This document shows, piece by piece, positions 9,152-18,880 of a stretch of 46,498 nt of DNA. The translations under genes were made by a program, and so were the position numbers. The notes below the pieces were generated by a model, which saw only the letters and a list, made by a program, of their open reading frames with translations, made no database searches and was not told the DNA's origin. The number at the start of each line of letters is the position of its first letter. The first letter of the stretch is position 1. Origin of the DNA: Clostridia bacterium (GTDB lineage: Bacteria > Bacillota > Clostridia > Christensenellales > CAG-138); NCBI GenBank assembly GCA_045592165.1, contig JAZNUG010000109.1, forward strand, positions 1 through 46,498, given 5' to 3'.

Positions 9152-11557
9152 TTATGCTCTAAGGTCTGCGTTGAGGGTATCCTTAAGGGTGCGGATGATA
9201 GTATTCATGGCGTCGGTTATATCCTCATCGGTCAGAGTACGGTCCTCAGCACGAACGGTATAGGAATAAGCCATGCTCTTCTTGCCTTCTGCAATACCGG
9301 TGCCGCGGTATACGTCAAACAGCTCGACGTTTTCAAGCAGAACCTTTACCGGAGCGGACTTGATTGCGCCTGCAACCTGTGCAGAGGTTACGCATTCATC
9401 CACAACAACAGCTATATCGCGGGGAACGGTAGGATACTTGGGTATAGCCTTGTATGTCTTGCCGTTCTCACGGAGCTCAAACAGCTTCTGCACGGACAGT
9501 TCTGCCGCATATGCTGCCTGAGGCACGCCGAAAGCCTTGCGGGTTTCGGGGTGTACAGCGCCCATCTCGCCTATTACCTGACCGTCAACCTTTATCAACG
9601 CCTTCTGGCCGGGCTGGAAGAACTCGCTGCCACCGGGAACATACTCTGCACGCTCGCCGATGCCCAGCTTGCGGAGCAGGTATTCAACCACGCCCTTGAG
9701 GGTGAAGAAATTCTCCTCTGCGCCGCTGAATATGAGACCCAGCATCTTGCGCTCTTCGGGAAGATCGGGATTGTTGTCAATGTGAACATTGCCAACCTCA
9801 AAGAATCTGCCATGGCCAGTCTTACGGTTGCAGTTGAGGGCCACGGTGTTCAGCATACCGGCCATAAGGGTGGTGCGCATAAGGCTCTGATCCTCGCCGA
9901 AAGGATTCATCAGCTTAACAGCCATGCGTTTTTCATCGTCCTCGGGAATACGCAGTGCATTGAGAGCAGCGGGACCGGTAAAGTTGTAATTGTACATTTC
10001 GTAGCAGCCCATTGCCACGCACATATCCTTGACCTGATCCTCATGACGGGTTGCGGGGCTGAGACAGCCGCGGAAGGTATCGCCCTGCATAAGGGTGGGC
10101 TCGATATTATAGTAGCCGTATACCCTTGCAATTTCCTCGGCTATATCCCAATCAGACTCTATGCTGCTCTCGATATCAACGCGATAATGGGGCACGGTAA
10201 CGACCAGAACATCTCCTTCAGCCTTTGCGCCGATATTAAGGGTATCCAGCATCTTTACCATCTCTTCTGCAGAAATATCGGTATTGAGTATGCGGTTTAC
10301 ATGCTTCCAGTCAACGTTTATTACACGCTCGCTGATATCTGCGGCACATACGTCGATATTACCGCCGACAACGGTACCTGCGCCAAGTTCAGCCACCAGC
10401 TCTATTGCGCGGTCGATTGCCAGCTGAGTGTTAATCGGCTCAACGCCCTTTACAAAGCGGGAGGATGCATCGGTAACGTGATGGAGTTCACGTGTGGTAT
10501 GACGGATGTTGCTTCCCTTGAATACGGCAGATTCAAAGAATACTGTCTTTGTATTCTCGGTAATTTCGGAATTTTCGCCGCCCATTACGCCTGCAATGCC
10601 TACGCCCCTTTCAGGGTCTGCTATGAGCAGTACGTTGGGAGAAACATTTCTCTCCTTGCCGTCCAGAGTCTTTACAACTTCCCCTTCCTTGCCACGGCGG
10701 ACGATAATCTGTCCATCGGTTATGCAGGAGAAATCAAAGGCATGCATGGGCTGGCCGTATTCAATCATAACGTAGTTGGTAATATCTACGATGTTGTTGA
10801 TGGGCCTGAGGCCAACGCTGCGCAGCTTCTTCTGCATCCATGCGGGAGAAGGAGCAATCTTGATATCCTTTACCACGCGGCCGATATATCTGGGGCAAAG
10901 ATCGGTATCCATTACCTGAACGGATGCATATTCCTTTGCATCTCCCTCGCCCTGCACCTGCTTTATGGTGGGCTCTATAAACTTCTGGCCAAGAGCGGCA
11001 GCAGCTTCACGGCACATGCCGATAATGCTGATGCAATCCGCCCTGTTGGGGGTAAGTTCAATGTCAAATACGATATCATTAAGGCCAACAGCTTCCTGTA
11101 TAGGCTGACCAAGAGGATGATCTTCCTGCAGGATAAGTATGCCGTATACCTCTGCTCCGGGATAGTCCGCCTCGGTAAGACCCAGCTCCTGACCGGAGCA
11201 CAGCATACCGAAGCTTTCTACGCCGCGCATGGTGGTGGGATGAATCACGATGCCGCCTGCAAGGTTTGCTCCGTCCACAGCAACGGGGACCAGCGCACCT
11301 TCGAATACATTGGAAGCACCGGTAACGATTGTGAGGTTTTCTTCGGCTCCGATATTAAGGGTGCATATCTTAAGCTTATCAGCATTGGGATGCTGCTCGA
11401 TCTTTTCTATGCGGCCAACAACGACATTGGTTATGCCGGGCATTTCGTCAACTATGTCGGCTATTTCAAAGCCGCGCCACATCATAAGTTCAACGAACTT
11501 TTCCGGAGTTACGTTGAAATCAACATATTCTTTAAGCCACTTAAGGGGCAGTTTCAT
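9152..11557 (-). CDS. pheT: Phenylalanine--tRNA ligase beta subunit
   Basis: 801 aa, MKLPLKWLKEY N-terminus, with tRNA-binding, B3/4, B5 and FDX-ACB regions recognisable. Confidence 0.97.
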   Translation of the reverse strand: MKLPLKWLKEYVDFNVTPEKFVELMMWRGFEIADIVDEMPGITNVVVGRIEKIEQHPNADKLKICTLNIGAEENLTIVTGASNVFEGALVPVAVDGANLAGGIVIHPTTMRGVESFGMLCSGQELGLTEADYPGAEVYGILILQEDHPLGQPIQEAVGLNDIVFDIELTPNRADCISIIGMCREAAAALGQKFIEPTIKQVQGEGDAKEYASVQVMDTDLCPRYIGRVVKDIKIAPSPAWMQKKLRSVGLRPINNIVDITNYVMIEYGQPMHAFDFSCITDGQIIVRRGKEGEVVKTLDGKERNVSPNVLLIADPERGVGIAGVMGGENSEITENTKTVFFESAVFKGSNIRHTTRELHHVTDASSRFVKGVEPINTQLAIDRAIELVAELGAGTVVGGNIDVCAADISERVINVDWKHVNRILNTDISAEEMVKMLDTLNIGAKAEGDVLVVTVPHYRVDIESSIESDWDIAEEIARVYGYYNIEPTLMQGDTFRGCLSPATRHEDQVKDMCVAMGCYEMYNYNFTGPAALNALRIPEDDEKRMAVKLMNPFGEDQSLMRTTLMAGMLNTVALNCNRKTGHGRFFEVGNVHIDNNPDLPEERKMLGLIFSGAEENFFTLKGVVEYLLRKLGIGERAEYVPGGSEFFQPGQKALIKVDGQVIGEMGAVHPETRKAFGVPQAAYAAELSVQKLFELRENGKTYKAIPKYPTVPRDIAVVVDECVTSAQVAGAIKSAPVKVLLENVELFDVYRGTGIAEGKKSMAYSYTVRAEDRTLTDEDITDAMNTIIRTLKDTLNADLRA

Positions 11558-11575
11558 AGCTATCTTACCTCCCTG

Positions 11576-12598
11576 TTAGAACTGTTTGAGGAAGCGGGCA
11601 TCGTTCTCATACTCGAGACGGATATCCGTAATTCCATACTTAAGGCTTGCTATACGGTCCACACCAAGGCCAAAGGCAAACGCCTTCCATTCCTTTGGAT
11701 CAAGGCCGCAGTTTTCCAACTCGTGGGGGTTGGTAACGCCGCTGCCAAGAATCTCCAGCCAGCCGGTACCCTTGCACAGACGGCAGCCTTTTCCACCGCA
11801 AAGAGTGCAGGATACGTCAACCTCGGCAGAGGGCTCCGTGAAGGGGAAATAGCTGGGACGGAAGCGCATCTTTACATCCTCGCCGAATACGGCATGGATA
11901 AAGGTGAGCAGCGTGCCCTTAAGGTCCGCCAGGGTAAGGTTCTTATCCACAACAAAGCCTTCCATCTGCATGAAAACAGGGCTATGGCTTGCGTCAACCT
12001 CGTCTACGCGGAATACGCGTCCGGGCATGATGAGCCTGAAAGGAGGCTTAAGATTCAGCAGCGCACGTGCTTCAAGGGGAGAAGTGTGGGTACGCAGCAC
12101 AACCTTGTCATTAATATAGAAGGTATCCTGCATATCGCGGGCAGGATGATCCAGGGGCAGATTCAGCTTGGTGAAGTTATAATCATCATACTCCACCTCA
12201 GGGCCTTCGTAAGTTGTAAAGCCCATACCTACCAGTGCATCGCGAATCTCACGATAGGTCTGTGTCATGGGATGCAGATGGCCCTCGGGCATTGAAATAC
12301 TGCCGGGCTCGGTAACATCTATTGCTTCCTTTGCAAAGCGCAGTTCCTGCATCTTTGCGGCGATCTCAGCCTTGCGTTCATTCAGCTCTTTCTCCAGCTC
12401 TTTCTTTACGCTGTTTACCAACTGGCCAACGGCGGCACGCTCTTCCTTGCTGAGCTTGCCCATGCCCTTGAGTATCTCGGTAAGAGATCCGCTCTTGCCG
12501 AACACGGCGAGGTTTATGGCGTCTATTGCCGCCTCATCCTCTGCATTTTTCAAGCTTTCAAGGGTTTGCAGCCTGATTTTTTCCAGAGTGTCCTTCAT
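11576..12598 (-). CDS. pheS: Phenylalanine--tRNA ligase alpha subunit
   Basis: Class II aaRS motifs (HPARDMQDTFY, FRxE, GLGVDR). I moved the start to ATG 12598 because the track TTG at 12616 overlaps the GGAGGA SD itself. Confidence 0.95.
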   Translation of the reverse strand: MKDTLEKIRLQTLESLKNAEDEAAIDAINLAVFGKSGSLTEILKGMGKLSKEERAAVGQLVNSVKKELEKELNERKAEIAAKMQELRFAKEAIDVTEPGSISMPEGHLHPMTQTYREIRDALVGMGFTTYEGPEVEYDDYNFTKLNLPLDHPARDMQDTFYINDKVVLRTHTSPLEARALLNLKPPFRLIMPGRVFRVDEVDASHSPVFMQMEGFVVDKNLTLADLKGTLLTFIHAVFGEDVKMRFRPSYFPFTEPSAEVDVSCTLCGGKGCRLCKGTGWLEILGSGVTNPHELENCGLDPKEWKAFAFGLGVDRIASLKYGITDIRLEYENDARFLKQF

Positions 12599-12616
12599 GT
12601 TTTTAAAATCCTCCAA

Positions 12617-12875
12617 ATTAAAATTGCGCCTCGTCCTAAGGGACGAAGGCGCATTCGTGGTACCACCCTAATTCACCCTGCCATCACAGGGCCTTTATCG
12701 CTGTATCGGGCTTACCCGGCCCCAACTACTCACCTGAAATAAACATCAGGCTTCACCGGGGCGGCTCAGGAGCGAACTTGTGCAGGATTTTCCCATAAGC
12801 CGCTTGCAGCATATGCGGCTCTCTCTGAAATGGGATACGTCCCACTTTTCTCCATCATAGCCATAAAATCAATTT
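12617..12875 (-). promoter_or_regulatory. T-box leader (tRNA-Phe sensing) with terminator/antiterminator
   Basis: The minus strand contains AATTAGGGTGGTACCACG, the conserved T-box sequence (complement of 12655-12672). It overlaps a terminator hairpin GCGCCTTCGTCC/GGACGAGGCGC (12626-12652) followed by AATTTTAATTT. An upstream AGAGA-type stem I is present. A UUC triplet (complement of 12774-12776) sits where the specifier would be; that placement is tentative. Confidence 0.85.
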
Positions 12876-12881
12876 CGATAT

Positions 12882-12910
12882 ATTTTAGCACATTACTCGA
12901 AACTGTTCAA
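12882..12910 (-). promoter_or_regulatory. Candidate sigma-A promoter for the T-box/pheST transcript
   Basis: On the minus strand, TTGAAC, a 17-nt spacer, then TAAAAT preceded by TGTGC (extended -10-like). Confidence 0.5.
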
Positions 12911-12926
12911 TGGCTAATTTATCACT

Positions 12927-14540
12927 TTACTTAAACCGCTGCTCCAGCTGATCTGCAAGGTCGGATACATTTTCTGCAAGGTCTTCCACCTTTGCGCTGT
13001 CGGATATTGCATCCACCAGCGCTGTCATCAGACGCTTCAGCTCCGCCTTTATGTTGGATGCCTTGGCAGGCTTTGCGCTTTGCTTGCCTTCGGCGGGCTT
13101 TACCAGGCGTGTTTCGGTAGCATATACCTCGCCGCTCTCCAGATCAAACTCCTCGAACATTCCGGGTACTTCCACATCGTATCCGCGCTCATTGAGCTTA
13201 TCCTTGAGGGCGCCTATGGCGCTGTCTTCGCCGTGAACAAGGAATATCTTGGCCGGCTTTTTATCTATCTCATCCACCCAGTTGAGCAGCTCGCGCTGGT
13301 CAGCATGGCCGGAGAAGCCCTGTATCCGCTGAATATCAGCATTTACCATAACCGGAACGCCAAGTATTTTTACCTTCTTTGCACCGTCTGTCAGCATGCG
13401 GCCAATGGTGCCGACCGCCTGATATCCCGCAAAGACCACAGTAGTGGTTGCCTTGAACAGGTTATTTTTAAGATGATGGCGAATGCGGCCCGCATCGCAC
13501 ATGCCGGATGCGGAGATGATAATGTTGCAGCCCTTTGCTTCGTTTATGAGTTTGCTCTCATCTGCGGTTTCCGCAACCTTGAGGGTATCAAATTCAAACA
13601 GATCACCGCTTCGTGCAATAGCCTTGGTTTCGTCGTCATAGCATTCTGCACCGCAGGCGGCATACACGCGGGTTGCTTTTATGCCAAGGGGGCTGTCGAT
13701 ATATACGGGCACCTTTTCAAGTCCGGGCACGGTATTGTTTATCAGCATGCGCTTGATATAATAAAGCAGCTCCTGAGTGCGGCCCACCGCAAAGGCGGGT
13801 ATAACAATATTGCCGCCCCTTGCAATGCCGTTTTTCAATACACGGGCAAACTCCGCTTCCTTTTCTTCATCGGTGGAAACGTCATGCACCCTGTCGCCAT
13901 AGGTGCTTTCCATGATGAGATAATCTGCTGCTTCGGGGCTTTCGGGGTCCTTTATTATGGGCCTGTCATCTCGGCCGATATCGCCCGAGAATACAAAGCG
14001 GGTAGTCTTGCCTCCCTCGGTTACCCATATTTCAATGGCAGAAGATCCAAGCAGATGGCCAACGTCTGTAAATCTGGCCTTTACGCCGGGACAAACATCA
14101 ACCGTTTTGCCATAGCCGCTGGGCTTGAACTGCTTAAGGGTATTCTCCACATCCTGAGAGGTATACAGGGGCTCAACCAGAGGCTTGCCTGCCCGCTCGT
14201 TTTTGCGGTTTTGGTATTCGGCATCCTGCTCCTGAATATGTGCGCTGTCCGGAAGCATTATACCGCAAAGTTTTGACGTGGCTTCTGTGGAAATAATGGG
14301 GCCTTTGAATCCTCTCTTAACCAGCAGCGGAACAAGGCCGGTATGGTCAATATGTGCATGGGTAAGCAAAACAGCCTTTATATCGGCAGGAACAAAAGGA
14401 AAATCGCCATCGCCATATTCGCTCTTTGCATCAGCACCCTGACGCATACCGCAGTCAACAAGTATGCTGCCGCCGTCAAATGTAATCATATGGCAGGAGC
14501 CGGTTACAGCCTTTGCAGCGCCACAGAATCTAAGCTTCAT
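12927..14540 (-). CDS. MBL-fold beta-CASP family nuclease (CPSF/RNase J-like, TTHA0252-type)
   Basis: 537 aa with the metallo-beta-lactamase motif THAHIDHTG, beta-CASP region and C-terminal RNA-specificity region HGE. It also carries an extra C-terminal tail of about 80 aa that is charged and helical-looking. Confidence 0.85.
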   Translation of the reverse strand: MKLRFCGAAKAVTGSCHMITFDGGSILVDCGMRQGADAKSEYGDGDFPFVPADIKAVLLTHAHIDHTGLVPLLVKRGFKGPIISTEATSKLCGIMLPDSAHIQEQDAEYQNRKNERAGKPLVEPLYTSQDVENTLKQFKPSGYGKTVDVCPGVKARFTDVGHLLGSSAIEIWVTEGGKTTRFVFSGDIGRDDRPIIKDPESPEAADYLIMESTYGDRVHDVSTDEEKEAEFARVLKNGIARGGNIVIPAFAVGRTQELLYYIKRMLINNTVPGLEKVPVYIDSPLGIKATRVYAACGAECYDDETKAIARSGDLFEFDTLKVAETADESKLINEAKGCNIIISASGMCDAGRIRHHLKNNLFKATTTVVFAGYQAVGTIGRMLTDGAKKVKILGVPVMVNADIQRIQGFSGHADQRELLNWVDEIDKKPAKIFLVHGEDSAIGALKDKLNERGYDVEVPGMFEEFDLESGEVYATETRLVKPAEGKQSAKPAKASNIKAELKRLMTALVDAISDSAKVEDLAENVSDLADQLEQRFK

Positions 14541-14659
14541 AGTATTTCTGCCTCCGTATTAAGAATATAGAACAGACATGAATATTGTGGTTCAATTTTA
14601 TATATTATACCATGTATATGAAAAATGAACACCCATCAATACATATATGTTGCCAAAAG

Positions 14660-14687
14660 TTCAAAATAGCGTTCCGCAATGGAACGC
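14660..14687 (-). terminator. Intrinsic terminator after the SEC-C gene
   Basis: GCGTTCC (14669-14675) pairs with GGAACGC (14681-14687). The minus strand reads hairpin then TATTTTG. Confidence 0.7.
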
Positions 14688-14705
14688 CATTTATTTTATA
14701 TTATA

Positions 14706-15209
<504 letters not shown>

Positions 15210-15332
15210 GTTAAATCTCCTGTATAAATTAAATTTGTTTTATTCCATCCAGTATAAAATCACAAAAACCGCCGTCCTGTCAAGGGAATATTTGTTTTTT
15301 GCGGTTTTTGCGCCGTATTTGGCAGATACATG

Positions 15333-16589
15333 TTATTTACGCTTCTTCTCCCTGTACTTTTCCGTCCAGCCTTCTTTATTCTGCTGGCGGCAGCGGGCCA
15401 TTGCAAGGGCACCATCGGGTATATCTTCTGTTATTACAGAGCCTGCGCCTGTATATACGTCATCCCCCACCTTTACCGGGGCAACCAGGGCAGTCTGGCA
15501 GCCAAGGAATACGTTATTGCCAACGGTGGTGCGGTGCTTTTTAAAGCCATCGTAATTTACAAACACAGTGCCGCAGCCCATATTTACCTTTGAGCCAACA
15601 TCCGCATCGCCCACATAGGTAAGATGGGCAATGGAAGTCTTTTCTCCAATGGTGGAATTTTTCACTTCAACAAAATTGCCTATCTTGCAGCCTGCGCCTA
15701 TATGGCTGTTTGGTCTGAGCCGCACAAAGGGGCCAACCTTTGCACCGTCCGCCACTTCAGCATCAATTGCCACCACTCCGTCAAGCATACATCCGTTGCC
15801 GATTTTGCTGTTTTCGATACGGCTGCCGCTGTATACGGTGCAGTCTTCGCCTATTACAGTGTTGCCAAGAAGCTGAACATTTGGATAAATCACAGTATCC
15901 ATGCCGATTTTTACATCTGCATCGATATATGCGGTGTTGGGGTCTATAAAAGTAACACCCCTGTCCATATGTCCGGAATTGATTGCACGGCGCATTATCT
16001 CGGAGCAGCACCAAAGATCCTCTCTGGTATCCACTTCAATGCCCTCAATTTCCGGAGCATATACGTCCACAACCATTCGGCCATCCGTACGAAGCTGGTT
16101 GACGCAATCCTCTATGGTCTCCATTTTGCATTCAAGACAGGCCCTTATTGCCTTCAGTTCAAAGCAATAAGCCGCCACTATAAGCGTAACATTCTCAGAC
16201 AGGCATATCAGGCGGGATGCAGCACCCTTTCTTGCTGCAGATACCAGCGCAGATACGGTGCCGTCGGATATCAGCGGCAGATTGCCCGCAATTACCAGCA
16301 CATAGCCTTCCTGTGCAGATACTGCGGAAAGACCTGCCCTGAGAGCTTCTGCGGTGGAATCTCCGGGATTCTGATATACATATCCGGAATCCTTGCCAAA
16401 GTATTCCTTTACGGATTCCCCATCAAAGCCAAGTACGGTTATGGGCCGCTCGGATACGTTCCTCTGAACGCTTCGCATTACCCAGCCTATCACAGGCCTG
16501 CCGCACAGGGGATGCATTACCTTCTGTTTGCGGGATACCATACGCTTGCCGTCTCCGGCAGCCAGCAAAATGGCAGTTACAGCTTTCAT
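15333..16589 (-). CDS. GlmU-like bifunctional nucleotidyltransferase / left-handed beta-helix acetyltransferase
   Basis: 418 aa. The N-terminus ILLAAGDGKRM is NTP-transferase-like and the C-terminal half has hexapeptide repeats ending ...ARCRQQNKEGW. It differs from the canonical GlmU signature (see findings). Confidence 0.8.
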   Translation of the reverse strand: MKAVTAILLAAGDGKRMVSRKQKVMHPLCGRPVIGWVMRSVQRNVSERPITVLGFDGESVKEYFGKDSGYVYQNPGDSTAEALRAGLSAVSAQEGYVLVIAGNLPLISDGTVSALVSAARKGAASRLICLSENVTLIVAAYCFELKAIRACLECKMETIEDCVNQLRTDGRMVVDVYAPEIEGIEVDTREDLWCCSEIMRRAINSGHMDRGVTFIDPNTAYIDADVKIGMDTVIYPNVQLLGNTVIGEDCTVYSGSRIENSKIGNGCMLDGVVAIDAEVADGAKVGPFVRLRPNSHIGAGCKIGNFVEVKNSTIGEKTSIAHLTYVGDADVGSKVNMGCGTVFVNYDGFKKHRTTVGNNVFLGCQTALVAPVKVGDDVYTGAGSVITEDIPDGALAMARCRQQNKEGWTEKYREKKRK

Positions 16590-16628
16590 GTTCTCTGCTT
16601 CCTTTATCTGAATTAATTATATTTGCGA

Positions 16629-17807
16629 TTAAATCAAACCGTTAAAATCGTAATCCACCTGTATTACGCAGGCATATGTGGCATCTGTTTCTCTGGCCCT
16701 TTGCCGTATTGCCAGCACCATTTCCTCTGCCTTTTCCTTGCTTGTGTCCACGGGCACAACAAGGTCAAAAATAAGATTGTTGCGCTTTTCTCCCGGAACC
16801 ATGCGGAAATCGTGGATTGTCATCTTTACGGGCAGCTCTGACAATATTTGTTTTATAGTATCCTTTGCCCGCTGGACGTCAGGATTATCCAGTTCAACAG
16901 GGTCCATGTGTATGGTAAGCAGCATCCCCATTTCTCTGCCCACTTCCAGCTCAATCCTGTCTATCAGTTCATGAAGTTCAAGAACATTGCCGCCCGCATC
17001 CACCTCTGCGTGGGCAGTGGCGATGATGTTTCCGGGACCGTAACTGTGGATGAGTATATCGTGGGTATCTATTATGCCGTCATATGCGGATATTTTGTCT
17101 GCAAGCTGCTTTATAAACTCAGGCTCTGGAGCTTCGCCCATAAGGGGACTTACGGTTTCCTTTAGCAGCTTTATTCCGGAATACAATACAAATGCCGCAA
17201 CAGCAAGACCGATATAACCATCCAGATTTATTCCAAAGAAATACATTATCACGGAAGAAACCAGTATTGCTCCGGTGCTTATGCAGTCCATAAGGCTGTC
17301 TGCGGTTGCCGCGCTCATGGTGGCGGAATCTATGCGCTTGCCGATGTTTGCGGTAAACATGCCCATCCACAGTTTAACCAGAATGGATGCAGCAAGAGCC
17401 AGCATGGAGGCAACGGTAAACTCCACCTCTGCTGGATGAAGTATCTTCATGAATGATTCCTTGCCCAGCTCATAGCCCACCATAAGTATTAAGAATGCTA
17501 TTATCAGCGCAGCAATGTACTCCATGCGGGCATGGCCGTAGGGATGTTCCTTATCGGCAGGTTTGCCTGCAAGGCGTGCGCTCAGCAGCGTCATAAGGTT
17601 TGAACCGATATCCGCAAGGTTGTTTACCGCATCAGCCTGCACCGCAATACTGCCGGTAAGCATGCCGATAACAAACTTAACGGCACACAGCAGCATATTT
17701 GCAGCTATGCCTACAACACCCGCCAGCACGCCATATGCCTCACGTACAGATCTGCTGCGGGTATTTTCACTATCCTTTACAAAGCGGCGAATAAGCCAAC
17801 CGGTCAT
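16629..17807 (-). CDS. Cation diffusion facilitator family transporter
   Basis: 392 aa with six TM segments, the CDF signature ...SIAVQADAVNNLADI... and HPYGHARMEY, and a cytoplasmic C-terminal domain. Confidence 0.9.
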   Translation of the reverse strand: MTGWLIRRFVKDSENTRSRSVREAYGVLAGVVGIAANMLLCAVKFVIGMLTGSIAVQADAVNNLADIGSNLMTLLSARLAGKPADKEHPYGHARMEYIAALIIAFLILMVGYELGKESFMKILHPAEVEFTVASMLALAASILVKLWMGMFTANIGKRIDSATMSAATADSLMDCISTGAILVSSVIMYFFGINLDGYIGLAVAAFVLYSGIKLLKETVSPLMGEAPEPEFIKQLADKISAYDGIIDTHDILIHSYGPGNIIATAHAEVDAGGNVLELHELIDRIELEVGREMGMLLTIHMDPVELDNPDVQRAKDTIKQILSELPVKMTIHDFRMVPGEKRNNLIFDLVVPVDTSKEKAEEMVLAIRQRARETDATYACVIQVDYDFNGLI

Positions 17808-17824
17808 TTATCCTACTCTCCAAA

Positions 17825-18553
17825 TCATGATAATACCGCTTCCCTGAGCACCTTGCCGATGGCATCGTGTATCACAAGGTCTGCAAGGGAGTCACGGGGC
17901 GTTTCGCTTTTATTTATCAGTACCAGCTTATTGCCCCTGTAATAGTCTATGAGCCCTGCAGCAGGATAGACTGCAAGTGATGTGCCGCCTATTATCAGCA
18001 TATCCGCACGCATTATGTGGGTAACGGCTCCCTGAATCGTATCATTGTCCAGCCCCTCTTCATAAAGCACCACATCGGGCTTTATTATTCCGCCGCAGCT
18101 GCAGCGGGGAACTGTATCCATATTCATAATTTCCTCTGCAGAATATGCCTTGCCGCAATCCATGCAGTAGTTTCTGTAAATGCTGCCGTGAAGCTCGTAT
18201 ACTTTTTTGCTGCCTGCTTTGGTATGCAGGCCGTCTATATTTTGAGTAACAACGGCGGTAAGCCTGCCCTGCCGCTCCAGCTCTGCAATGGCTTTGTGTG
18301 CATCATTCGGCAAAACGTCTGTTACCAGCAGCGCGCTTCTGTAATATTCGTAGAATCTCCGGGTATTGCTCATAAAAAAGCTGTGGCTAAGCAAGGTTTC
18401 CGGCCGCTCGCCAAAACGGCGTATTGCATCGTATATACCGTTTTCGCTGCGAAAATCCGGTATGCCTGACTCCGTACTTACCCCTGCTCCCCCAAAGAAC
18501 ACTATGCGTCCGGAGGATGCAATCATTTCTTTCAGCTTTGTAATATCCGACAT
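17825..18553 (-). CDS. cobB: NAD-dependent protein deacylase (sirtuin, CobB-type)
   Basis: GAGVSTESGIPDFRS, QNIDGLH and the Zn ribbon CMDCGK...CSCGG. I moved the start to ATG 18553 (MSDITKLKEM), which has a GGAGGAAAGGG SD. The longer track ORF runs through a terminator and overlaps bofA. Confidence 0.9.
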   Translation of the reverse strand: MSDITKLKEMIASSGRIVFFGGAGVSTESGIPDFRSENGIYDAIRRFGERPETLLSHSFFMSNTRRFYEYYRSALLVTDVLPNDAHKAIAELERQGRLTAVVTQNIDGLHTKAGSKKVYELHGSIYRNYCMDCGKAYSAEEIMNMDTVPRCSCGGIIKPDVVLYEEGLDNDTIQGAVTHIMRADMLIIGGTSLAVYPAAGLIDYYRGNKLVLINKSETPRDSLADLVIHDAIGKVLREAVLS

Positions 18554-18571
18554 ATTTCGCCCTTTCCTCCA

Positions 18572-18601
18572 CAAAAAGACCCCCGTTTTGCATACGGGAG
18601 C
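18572..18601 (-). terminator. Intrinsic terminator after bofA
   Basis: On the minus strand, CTCCCGT atgcaaa ACGGGGG followed by TCTTTTTGT. Confidence 0.65.
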
Positions 18602-18615
18602 CTTATGCTCTTTAT

Positions 18616-18870
18616 TTACAGCAGAAATACCCATGCGGCAATTATAGCCACGCCGGGCACACCCAGAAGACCCACTATCAGTGAGGTAAAAGCGGTAATA
18701 GGCAGAGTGAATCCGAAAAATCCGCCTATGATGTTTATAAGAACCAGAGTTATGGCGCCCATTATTGCATTGAGAACCAGCTTGCCCAATACCTTGAGAG
18801 GCCAACGGAATACTTTGAACAGTATCCAGAGTATCAGAAGCCCTATTCCAAACATCACAAGCATTGTCAT
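18616..18870 (-). CDS. bofA: BofA family pro-sigma-K processing inhibitor
   Basis: Small two-TM protein ...NAIMGAITLVLINIIGGFFGFTLPITAFTSLIVGLLGVPGVAIIAAW..., located directly after a yaaL-like gene as in Bacillus. The start is probably ATG 18870, which avoids overlap with the upstream stop. Confidence 0.8.
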   Translation of the reverse strand: MTMLVMFGIGLLILWILFKVFRWPLKVLGKLVLNAIMGAITLVLINIIGGFFGFTLPITAFTSLIVGLLGVPGVAIIAAWVFLL

Positions 18871-18880
18871 TGTTTTTATT

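Noticed and set aside
8861-12295. 1144-aa plus-strand ORF as a real giant gene antisense to pheS/pheT
   Set aside because: It is exactly codon-aligned antisense to three well-supported genes. Its sequence is low-complexity-like with no SD or promoter, and its openness is fully explained by the absence of TTA, CTA and TCA sense codons.
17825-18553. The SIR2-domain protein as a defence-system effector (Thoeris, DSR, or SIR2-HerA style)
   Set aside because: It is a compact canonical CobB-type deacylase with an intact Zn ribbon and no fused sensor domain. Its neighbours are housekeeping genes (CDF transporter, bofA).
17825-18805. Long form of the sirtuin ORF (326 aa) overlapping bofA
   Set aside because: The N-terminal 84 residues are Arg/Ser/Gly-rich nonsense. 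They cross the bofA terminator and overlap the bofA coding sequence in another frame. ATG 18553 has a strong SD and yields a normal CobB-size protein.
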